Assembly: GCF_964355755.1 (NCBI RefSeq)
Contig: NC_092671.1
Coordinates: forward strand, 35,102,304 to 35,166,303
Length of the DNA: 64,000 bases
Direction of reading: 5' to 3'
Source of the DNA: Antedon mediterranea
Taxonomy: Eukaryota > Animalia > Echinodermata
In this document: positions 24,573-35,759 of the stretch, piece after piece
How the letters are laid out: each line of letters starts with the position of its first letter
Position numbering within the stretch: position 1 is the first letter of the stretch
The notes under the pieces: model-generated
What the model saw: the letters and a program-made list of their open reading frames with translations, nothing else
Told to the model about the DNA's origin: nothing
Database searches by the model: none
Made by a program: the position numbers and the translations under genes

Positions 24573-26360
24573 TTGTCAAAATTACATGTAAATTATATTA
24601 AACAGACAGATATCAAACCATACATAACCAGTGGCATTGAATTGGGTGTACATCAAAATGTCATTTACGTTTTGATTTTTGTGACTATTGAATTGCTATT
24701 CTTTTGAATGGAGCTTAAAATGGTAGTCTGTAGAAACTCTTCATAATGCCTGTTTCTATGTCCTCTTAAACCATAAATGAAATACTGAATATAATTATTA
24801 TATATTACAAAAAAAACGAAGGAAATGCAGTGTATTTTCCGGTTGGCAAAAACAGCGTCTTTAAAATTTCAATGATATTCCATTGCCAAATACTGTATTA
24901 AGTTTATTAAACACAAGCACCATTTCTGGAGCCAAAAATATACCGTTTAAGAATACTGAATGTATATCTTTTTGGCATCAGAAACAGGTCCATATACTAT
25001 ATTGTGCTCTTTTTCGGAAGGTCTATGTATCTTGATCCTGAAGCTGTTTTGTGTGAGATAAGAATACATGAAGCACCTCCTTTCATTAGCCGTTCATTAT
25101 CATATTTGCAACATGGCCCCCTGGTTTACTGCCCATTTCATCAACAGAAATATCTAGCTCGGAAAAAAATGGGAAAACCAAAATTCAAATCTTTGTAAAA
25201 ATGTATTGTTCATATTGAACATACAGTAAATACTGTGGGAATCCAGTTACTTTTTTCTGAAACACAAACCTGTATCTTTTGTAGTAATAATAATGAACAT
25301 TTATAGTTAACCTAAAAGTGATTCTATTAATACATCATAGCCAATTAACCCTTTACAAAAGTTATATCGTGTACATGTTTTCTGCAATTAAAACTGAAAA
25401 AAAAACTGGTACCACCATTAACAATTTTCTACATGAAAAAATTATTAGAACACAGATGTAATTAACGTTACCATAAACTGTAATTTTTGTCGATGAAATT
25501 TCATATTTTTTGGTTGAATTATTTTGCAGTTGTAGGCATCTGTCATACAGTGCTTTATATTTTTATTAACTCATGCATTCCACCGTAACAAGCAACGCCA
25601 TTGTAAATTTCAACACTATTGATGCTTGCTGAACCTTTCAAACAATACTCTGCTTATAGTTCAATACAAGCTTCTATTATTTACAAACAGAAATTTGATG
25701 TGTTCTCAGTATATATTAATAATATAACTAGGTATCGAAAAACAATAGTTTCATGCATATTATTATAGCACAGTGTTTTAATTGTTGTGCCGTGACATAA
25801 GAAAGGCAACGTTGGTTGTTTTTTTTTTCACTCTGGGTACTGTACATGTTTAATGTTGGAACGGAGAGACAGTTTTAAAGGCTTCAAATTGAAACCCTCT
25901 CTAAAGGCCAATTTAGGGGTATTTTAATTGTTGTGCCGTGACATAAGAAAGTCGTTTGTTCACTCTGGGTATATGTTTAATGTCGGGAAGGAGAGACATA
26001 TCCTACTAGACAGTTTAAAGGCTTCAAATTGAGACCCTCTCAAAAGGTCAATTTAGCAGTAACAGTAACGAAAAAGGGTGTAGCTTGTTCCAGAATCTGT
26101 ATCTATCGGGTTTCTGCGCAACAGCCCATCCGCTCCGCGCTGTAAATGGTCATAAAAAATTAACATAGAATTCTATAATTTTGTTTTCCCCTTATTATTT
26201 AATGCTTACCGTTAAAGCTCTTCTGTCTAAATTGGTTTCGTTTCTTTTGTGTATAAGCCAGCACCAATATGGCAATGTTTCCATATTTATCCATTCATGT
26301 AGTATAGTTTATAGTTTCTATTTCCACTGTATATCATTTTTTTCTTTTCAGTCTTTGTAA

Positions 26361-26506
26361 CGCTTTGTCTACTCTATCAAACAAATTTGATGTGCCCATA
26401 TATGGACACGATGATGTCATATCACTGCAATATTTAGGCACATCACTGCCGTATTTGGGCATATCACACGTTTTTGTCAAACTAGTTTGATAGTATAGAC
26501 AGAGCT
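26361..26506. mobile_element. Harbinger-like MITE (copy 2)
   Basis: TAA|CGCTTTGTCTACTCTATCAAAC ... GTTTGATAGTATAGACAGAGCT|TTA. Confidence 0.8.
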
Positions 26507-26811
26507 TTACATCCTGCTTTTAAGGTTAATTAAATGTACCATACAAAGATTGATTGAATACAAAGTGAAACTTTAACCAGGTCATATTTATTTACATTTA
26601 AGCCTACAGTACTATTGGCAACTTAACAAGTCATGATAAATTAGGGTATTAGAAATTAGGTCACCTTAATGTGACCTTTAGCTATTGATTTCTGATACAT
26701 TCATTCATACAGGTTTCTATATAGTATATTTCAATATAAAAAGATGGGTTGAAAAAATATATTAGAAAAATCAGCTGAACAGAAGAAATTTACTATGAAC
26801 ACTTGCGTACT

Positions 26812-26907
26812 ATGTACATCACAGCCACTGATCATAACTGGGCCTTATGGGAGACCAGTCTTTGACTGAAGAGGTCACCCAATATAAATAAAATATTTCC
26901 ATTCAAT
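26812..26907 (+). mobile_element. 3' fragment of the 325-661 SINE family
   Basis: GTACATCACAGCCACTGATCA...GGGAGACCAGTCTTTGACTGAAGAGG is near-identical to 553-640. Confidence 0.85.
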
Positions 26908-27510
26908 TATTGTTGTTCTTAACAAAACCTTTTTTTTGTATTTATATTAAATTGTTTAATGCTAAAATATGTTAAATGGTTGACAGTGACAGACTAAATC
27001 TGCAAAAAATGTGAAAGAACTCCTAAAGAGAATCCAATTCAATAGGTCAGGTGCTTAACCTTTTGCATTCTTCAAATTTTTTGTTTATTACCCTGTAGTC
27101 ACATGTGTATGACAAGGACTTAGGATGTAGAATCTCTTATAATCTGTTCTATATTCATTGTCCCCTCTGGATAAAAGTTCACTTTAAAACTATTGTCTCA
27201 CAAGTTACAGTTCATTAAAGATCATGAGAAAAAATCTTTGGGAAAGAAATGTGTTTATAATTTGCATATAAAACATCAACAGAATAATGATTTTAAAGTA
27301 TAACATTTCTGTTTTGATTAGAGAATTGGATCTCTCAAGTCTTTTTAGCATATCTCCTCGATCGTTAGCTGCTTTCGGTCAAAGGGTCATTAGCGAAATT
27401 GTGTGAAGATAAGAAATTACTAATTAAGCAAAATGACTGTTAAAAGCAATACAGAAATTACTAAATACTTACACAGTGCAGGCGTTGATTTTATACACAA
27501 TATACAGTAA

Positions 27511-27660
27511 AGGCGTGTGGCGCAGTGTGTTGGACTTTGAACTACTGATCGTGAGATTGAGGTTCGAATCCAACTCTCGCCGCATTGCTTGTATCCTAGG
27601 CAAGATACATTACTGACTTTACTTCTCTCCGCCCAGGTGTATAAATGGGAACCGGGGAAT
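27511..27660 (+). mobile_element. tRNA-SINE with CORE-like domain
   Basis: TGGCGCAGTG, GGTTCGAATCC, then TGTATCCTAGGCAAGATAC...CTCTCCGCCCAGGTGTATAAATGGG; a relative lies at 63475-63616 (-). Confidence 0.75.
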
Positions 27661-28115
27661 TTTGTATATATATGTTTTATATAATATTTTCGAAAATGCA
27701 ATAAAAAAGATCATCAACTCAAACAGTGCTATGAAATATTGTAGGAGCTATCATATACAGTAAAGAGGGCGCTCTTTCACTTTTTTTTTCTGTTTGATTT
27801 TTTTTTAGACATTTGCTACACGAGCAATATGAACAAATTTTACAGTATTTCTTCTATCACTTCAATAGGTCATCAACCTTAACCTCCCTCCTTCCTAGAA
27901 ATAGAACATTCAGAAAACACAATCTTCAATCATATTTTAAGAAATTAGCATTTTAAAAATTTATACCTATGATACTTGCATAATGTTTTGTCCAGTCTTC
28001 GGTTGCATTTTTCATGCATGCATTTTAAAATAATAAATGCCACATTTGTACCAAATTGTTTTCGGTCAACAACGCCCTCTATCTACAGTATTATTGAGAG
28101 TTACAGAGTGCAGTG

Positions 28116-28165
28116 TGTGACGTCACAAGCTGTATCGCATGGTGGCTATGTGACAGGAATCCCCT
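28116..28165. promoter_or_regulatory. Candidate regulatory cluster upstream of the Bcl-2-family gene (CRE palindrome plus kappaB-like site)
   Basis: TGTGACGTCACA (28116-28127) and GGAATCCCC about 30 bp downstream; GTAAGT donor-like motif near 28244. Confidence 0.3.
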
Positions 28166-31100
28166 TTCTGTTGAGAACAAAATCTTAAAATTATGACCGC
28201 AGATGGTCGTACAATGGCTTAAATATCATAATTTTGATTGTGTGTAAGTAAGCCTTTTATTATATTTTAATGCAGAAAACCACACATATATACAGTATCA
28301 AAATTTAGTTATCGTTGTAATCTGAAAGAAAATGTGGAAAAACAGGAGCACAATATTAGGCCAGGAGAAGAGTCTAAATACGGGAGTCTCCCGGGTCAAT
28401 AACAGGAGTGTTGGCATTTGTAGGATATCTATATTTCATTCCTCATTCCCTCATCCTCCTCGCAAAAACCTTCACCTTTGTTTCTCATTGCAAGATAGAT
28501 GGCGATAAAATATTCACCCGCATTATCTAAAGTAGAATGAATCGCATCAGCTGTCGTGTATCTTTACTGACCTATATATATTATATTACTACACAATTTT
28601 GTATTCTTTTCCGAACAAAAAAAACTATATCAACGAACAGATTTATATCACTAATGTGACACCACTGATACAGTGTTGTTGTACAGGTTACTTCTTAGGG
28701 ATTTTGTTCAAGTACCACACATTATTGAAAATTCTAATTTTGTAATATCAAAATATATATCAATAGAAATGATAGGAAAAAAATAACTATTTTGAAATTA
28801 GACACATTGCTTATCCCTTAATTCAATTCAAAATTCTTTTAATCATCCCACACGGGGCAATTTAAATAAAAAGGTCTGGATTAAAATGATCTAACAAAAT
28901 ATACAAAATATCACAATACACAGTTCTTCAATAATTGTTTTTAAATTAAAAATAATTAACATTTTCCGAAACACTACCTACTCTTTGATTTTTTGTGTTT
29001 CCCATAATATTTATTGTTTAAAACGTTGTTTTTGTTACGTGAATACCGTATTGATTATCAGCGATACGACATTAGACTTATGTACAGGTAGCGTGTATGG
29101 GAAGATATTTAATTACACATATTGGAAAGCCTTTACGACGTCAACCTGGGGGTAACAAAAATCTGCGCTTCATTTATTATTTGATATTGTTTTCATTATT
29201 CATATTTTTGTACGTAGAACTTGGAAGTATTGCTTTTGTACTTCTTGTTGAATACTGTAGGATTTTTTTTTGTAAAAGAACATTTCAATAATATTTATAT
29301 GTGAATTCATAGGTATGTCAATTACTACCATTTCACAATATTTTTTGGCCTGAAAAAATTTATCCTTTAAACCTTTAATTCTACTAGCAGTTTTAGCAGA
29401 ATACTACTCTTGGTTGATTCTTGGTTGATTCTAGGAATTAGCCAAAAATAGAGTATTATGTAATTTCTTTCTTTTCGTCCAACCACACAAATACTTTTTC
29501 TATCATTGTCATCGTCATCATAAAGTAAGTTATCATGTTGATGTTGCTAAATTATTATAGCTAAAGAGGTATGTTCATACTATATTTTTTTCTATCGGAG
29601 TTAAATACAGTCAATCAATTGGTTTAACTTGGGTTGAAACGTATGATATAATGTTTAAATTGGATGTACCTCTGAAACCTATCAGAGATACATCAAAGTT
29701 TTTTTTTAGAACAAGGATTATAATAGAGTTATTATTATGCTGTAAGTAACTCTGATATGATTCAGATTGGCTTAAAACTGTCCTATGCATGCTTAACTCT
29801 AGGTGTGTGAACATAGCCATATGCAAAAACTGTGTCAAGTTAAACTTGTCATCCAAATTTAGTTATCTGAGAACCATCATGGCATTTGTGAAGTAGTTTA
29901 CCTTCTTGAATATGCAACGATCTGTCAATGTAACTTAAGAGACAAATCTATTTTGAATGCTCTGGAAATTCCACCAAAAAATCCATACATTAAAAATGCA
30001 ATGTGCACATTGATCGATCATATTTTTTTAGTAAAATCAATAGTGATTTAATTCACAAGTGTAAATGTTTTATCATAAATTTGCTTTCTGTGTACATGAG
30101 ACAACAAATTTGTATACTGTATTATTAATACTAAATAAATTTCCATAATACTACACATAATTAAGAAATGTAATATTTACGTAATAATAATACAAAATTA
30201 ACTACTTTAATAATTTGCATTGTATATTTTATAGTATTGTATTTAAAATTTAAAATTGTCAATGTTATATACAAAAATAAGCCAAAGCTGAAAATATATT
30301 CATTCATAATACTAATAGATGATAATTCATAAATTTATACTATTCCGCAAAGTGCAGTGGAACCAATTTTTCATCAGGGAGTTAAGTTCATGTTGGTGCC
30401 AACCTCTGACATCACTGTATGATGAGTACTCAGTATTTTGATGAGAATACCTGTGAAAAAAAAGCAATGATGATGTACAATGATGATAATACAGTCAGTT
30501 CTCCAGAAACTGAATCCCCTTGGGCTGAGTGTCTGAGTTTTCTGAAAAAGTTTGATTTTTGGAACCTGGTTTCGGATAGGTGACTGCAGAAATAGTTCAG
30601 TACCATTAGATAGTCCTGTACCTTTTTATTCCAATATTGTTTAGGATTTCCATGGCGAATTAAAGGCCTCAACTTTACAGTACTTGCCTAGAGCATTCTC
30701 AAGAAGACTGTAAATGTTGAGGCCAGGAGGCATTCTCAACTTGACATCATTTTTTGAAATTTTTTTCGCAGCCCTTTTCAAACTAACATACTTTATTTCA
30801 ATACATGAATGCATCCTTCATAGCTTGATTAAGAGCCAATCCTCACTCCCTTCTTTTTACAAATAAATTGTAATATAACAACTGTTTAGTTGTACTCACA
30901 CGCATCAGATTTAAGAGGGCATAGAATGGAGTTAATCTAAAGTTTTAATACTACATGTATTAAAGTTAGCTCTGATAAAAATCTGATGGTTTTAAAGTAA
31001 ATCTGATAGAACTTAATATTCTCTGATAGCTTTCAAAATGTAATGTTAGACAAGCAATAGAAATACCATCTCACGGAATTATTATCAGGGATATATTGCA

Positions 31101-31215
31101 TTCCCTTTGAACACAGAACAAGATAAACCGCAAATGTCCACAATTCAAATTCAATAGAGAAAATTAGCTATAATTTAATTTTCTCAACTTATCGTTATTG
31201 TTTTTGTTGTTGCAG

Positions 31216-31354
31216 ATGAACGATAGTCCAACCAATAGGTACGTAAGAGATTATGTTGCTCATCGGATACGTCAAGATGGTATTAGCCTTGCTCAGTTTG
31301 AAGATGTCAGCATAGAGGCGCCATGTGAAGTGACTGCATCTATTAGAAGAATTT
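31216..31354 (+). CDS. Bcl-2-family protein, coding exon 1 (BH4 and start of BH3)
   Basis: ttgcag|ATG; MNDSPTNRYVRDYVAHRIRQDGISLAQFEDVSIEAPCEVTASIRRI; phase-1 donor T|gtaagt joins exon 2 in frame. Confidence 0.88.
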
Positions 31355-31789
31355 GTAAGTAGGGGAGGTATCATATAAAAAAATAAAAGGGTTGGGGAGG
31401 GAAGTTAAATTCAATAGTTAGATCTTCAGCCAATACCAGGACTATAAACAAATTTTATTATATTATTTTATTTTCAGTCGTCTCAAATCTTCCTATTGGT
31501 TGTTATACTTATATTAATTATAATAAAGTGTCATAAAAATGACTAGTAGTTACCTTCCAAAAATTGTCATGACCTACGGTACCTAGGCCTACTAACTACT
31601 AGCCATTTTGTTGCTAGTCAGGTTTGTTCGAACCCTACAATCTCCCTCGGCTACAGACTTTGAGGGCACTCTGTATCGCCACTTTATCATGATATCTTTT
31701 TATAAAAGAGCCATTAGTCTGTAAATTTAACCAATATCCATGGATAAGTTTAAATAAATAATAATAAATTGAGTTGAAAATGTAGCTTA

Positions 31790-32645
31790 CCGTATATTTC
31801 GGTGTATAAGTCGCACTTTTGACACGCAAATTTGACCTCTAAATTAAGGGTGCGTCTTATACACCGAACATAAATGCCTCACCACACAGATTGTACGTAA
31901 CATAGGCTTAGGAGGCCTCTAGGCTATCGTCACCTCGTTTGCTAGGCCTAACGTAACGGCAATCTGCTTCTGCCTAGTTTTCAATGCATTTTAGCATGAT
32001 GTTATACTAAATATGATGAAAAGATTTGTTCATTATGGCGCTCCGATAAAATTTCATTTGTAAACGTTTACGTACGATTGGATCGGAATAGTATTTATTT
32101 ATACAGTAGTTATACGCACGATCACCGTACCCCCAGCGCAAGCCCTTACATGGTGTATTTATAGTTATACGCACGACCGCCGTACACATGGTGTACGGTA
32201 TTCGACTAGTATTTTCTCCAGTTGATTATAGCATGGACCAGCGTATACACTTCTCGGATACATAGATACTATATCGAATACGATTGTTCGTGAAAACGTG
32301 CGCCCTCTCGAAATGATCGAGCGAGGCTAGCCCACACACGTACGTGTTACACACACGGTCATGCACTCGATGTTGCGGCGAAACTCATGAATAAAAAGTT
32401 AGAAAGAACTTGTTGAGGCTGGGCGCGGCCGAGCCTAGGTAAGAAAAAACCTAAATAAAGGACGCCGTTGTAGATATAACAAAATATATTATTACAATAA
32501 TATTGATTACAATTTAAAAAAACATTGTTTTGATGAAAAATAAGGTGCGTCTTATACATCGACGATATAAAAAATACCGATATTTTACTCTCAGTTAGGG
32601 GGTGCGTCTTATACACAGGTGCGACTTATACACCGAAATATACGG
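31790..32645. mobile_element. Tc1/mariner-pogo-like non-autonomous element (856 bp) in Bcl-2 intron 1
   Basis: TA|CCGTATATTTCGGTGTATAAGTCGCAC ... GTGCGACTTATACACCGAAATATACGG|TA; second copy at 52514. Confidence 0.92.
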
Positions 32646-33815
32646 TAATACTAATAGTATAGTTTTGCTCAACCATTCCAATGTCATTACCCAAGTAGGG
32701 CTTTTTCCACTATAACAGTATATATATTTATAGCAAGAGACTGTATCATGAGACAAATTGTGTTCAAGCAACTGCTCTTCCTCGTTTAATTTATTTCTTC
32801 AAGTTCCTAGACAATGTAAAAATGACATCAAAACAAAATGAATGTCATCTTCTTTGGTATCAAGTTTACAGAGTACACATGCTTTGATGGTTGGGAATTT
32901 CCATGTAGTCAGATGTTCATCTTGTGACATGTGACACAATATACTCTTTTAAGCTTTATTACAAGTATTATAAAATATTAATGTTTAGTAGCTGTCTGGG
33001 CGTTGAAATGAAATATCGAATCATAGTTTGTATCTATCCCACATGTCAACAAAAATCAGATGATGTTTAATTGCCTCTCCATATGTTTATTAAAATCAGC
33101 TGATGAATTGTGTAATACATTTATCTCTTTTTACATAAAAAATACAATGATTATATATAATTTATATTCCAGCTGTAAAATGTGTTCAATATGCTTTTAC
33201 AGTATAATACAGTAGCTTGCACAGTTTACATACTATTGAGAAATTTGTATTAAATTATTAGCAATAACTACTAACTAGAAATTTTACTCTCATTGCCTCA
33301 TCCTTCAAATAGGATGTAATGCCATGGTCACGTGTAGTCCTGTCCGTGTACATACAGTCCATAATAAAGAATTCGGTACATTTTTCGCAAAGAGAAGTGG
33401 TTCGTCTTCCTATGTGTAGGTTATGGTCCTGGAACTCTGGGAGAACAATATTGTACACTATGACCCCATGCAAGTGACCCCTTGATACTAGGGTGCTCTG
33501 TAGTGTTTAGCCTAGTTGTTTGTTGTGTCCCCTTAATAGAGGAGTCCCCTGAAGAGAGAGGTGTCCAAAAGGAGGGGCTACTGTACTAACTGTATAAATG
33601 AAAAATATAAATGCATAGGAGTATATTATAATGTATCTTATAATGCATCTTGGGTTTTAAAGATTTTAAACAGCAATTTATCATTAAACCTTTCGCAATT
33701 CAGTATATAACGATCCACTTTACACCTGCCGCACTGATGAAAAACAATTTGATTGAACTCGCAGATATTTTAAGGATTTCCGAATATTAATCTAGTTCAT
33801 AATTATTTTCCACAG

Positions 33816-34123
33816 GTCATGAAATTGAAGAAAGCCAGAAGGAATTTTTCGGTGAATGTTGTCACCATTTGAACATAAGTCCAACAACCTTATATGCACA
33901 GTTTATGGACCTAGCTAGTGAACTATTTAAAAATCCAACAAATGGATTGAACGGCTTGGATATTTCGTGGGGTAGAATAGCCACGTTTTTAACTTTTTGC
34001 GGGACACTAGGGGCACATTGCGCCTCAAAAGAGCTTGAAAATCTTGTACCTAGCGTAATAGGCTGGACTGTGAGATATATAGAACAGCATTTAAGTGATT
34101 GGATGTCACAAAATAACGGATGG
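33816..34123 (+). CDS. Bcl-2-family protein, coding exon 2 (BH3 end, BH1, BH2)
   Basis: ccacag|GT; CHEIEESQKEFFGECCHHLNISPTTLYAQFMDLASELF...ISWGRIATFLTFCG...DWMSQNNGW|gtaagt. The phase-0 intron after the BH2 GW is the family-typical position. Confidence 0.95.
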
Positions 34124-35351
34124 GTAAGTTCAAAGTTGAAACACATGATAAATATGTTAGGCTTGAAGTATGGCAAGCTGTTCGTAATTAAAGTTTTTAC
34201 ATTTAAATTTAATATCTTTTAACGATGCAATCAAATTATACATTAGTCAAACTCTACATTTCATCTTATATTTTTACATATATCTGTATTAATTTATAGT
34301 GACTTTCAATGTCAAATGCCAAAGTTATTAATGACATAAATATTTATTGAACATCAACAAATTGATAATTTATTTTTACACATTTTTAAAATAAAAATTT
34401 AAAATTAAATTCATAATAAAACATGATTTATATGATTGTTTGACATTTTGCACCAAATCAACACAATTTTAATTCAAATTTCACCCTTTCTTTCAACTTC
34501 AGTAGAATTTAATATTTATTCATTTATAAAATATTAAATAAAAAACACAATTGATGGTTGACTTTTACACAGTTCACACCTTTTGTGATAAAAATACTTG
34601 AGTAATGAATAATTAATAATTCATGTTACAATTGTTTTATTAATTAATAATAAAATTATAAATTGCTATTTATTTGAATTTATGTTACAATCGTTTAAAA
34701 TATTTATGATAAAATTCAAAATGATTTAAAAGTACTATAAAATATATTTTATTTTACAGATGAAGGTTTTTGTTCTATAAATAAAATAGTAGTTTAGTAT
34801 TCTTCTGCTCATTGACAAACAAGCACGAAAGCAAACTATTAACATACCCATCTCGTATTATACTCATAATTTCACAATGACATTCATAAAATAGATAGAT
34901 AAATGTCCAGAGAGTAATAGTATCCCATTAACATAATGATTATTAAGAGAGGAATATTTAATTATTACCAAATACGGTAAATGAGTAGCATTCGACGTCA
35001 GAATCGAGATGCATGTTTTCCGAGCAATCTTATAAAATCTGAATGAAACTAAAAACACAACTAATTGTATGCCAGTAAAATTAAACTGCTTTTGTTTAAT
35101 TCTTTGTTTAACAATTTCCTTATAGTAAATCATAAAATTATCACTTATTGTAAAAATAGACAGATTATAAAATTTCATTTATGGAAAGTTATATTGGAAG
35201 GTAGCCAAATCTCGATTGAGAATGTAGATCACAATTGAAATCACATTTAATGGATTTTGAAATTGTGGAGTGCAGTGTTACTCTTACTATGAGTCTATAA
35301 TGATGGTAGACAACCCAACCCCCTCCCTCCTACACACACATACATAGTAGA

Positions 35352-35530
35352 GGAGCTGTAGCTTGGTGGTAAATGTGTTTGTCTGCAAATCCTAAGGTCC
35401 AGGGTTCAGTCCTGACCTAGTGCCAGGAACTCAAAACTCCACTCCCTAAACCTCAAATGAGACTATAAAATGATATTTTTTTATAGTATATCCATCCTGT
35501 AATTGGCTAGTTGGATGTGTATAACATGAA
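35352..35530 (+). mobile_element. tRNA-SINE in Bcl-2 intron 2
   Basis: GGAGCTGTAGCTTGGTGG...GGTTCAGTCC...ACTCCACTCCCTAA; matches 61194-61400. Confidence 0.8.
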
Positions 35531-35636
35531 CAACACATTTCACTACTCAATTTAATAATTTAAAAAAGGTGTAAATATTATTCCTAGACAAGGTATATTG
35601 TATTTGTTTTAATGTTGATTATTTCGTTTTTTCTAG

Positions 35637-35759
35637 GCTGGATTTGTAGAGTTTTTCCGTCCAAGGCAAGGCGGATCATCAGACCCAATCGTTGCACCAG
35701 GCACAGTAGCTATGGTCGCTGCAGGGCTAATGGGCCTAATTTACGTATTCAACAGATGA
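35637..35759 (+). CDS. Bcl-2-family protein, coding exon 3 (BH2 end and transmembrane tail anchor)
   Basis: ttctag|GCT; AGFVEFFRPRQGGSSDPIVAPGTVAMVAAGLMGLIYVFNR-TGA. Joined CDS is 139+308+123=570 nt, 189 aa. Confidence 0.93.
   Translation, partial: AGFVEFFRPRQGGSSDPIVAPGTVAMVAAGLMGLIYVFNR

Noticed and set aside
33862-34176. 104-aa antisense ORF
   Set aside because: Shadow of Bcl-2 exon 2.
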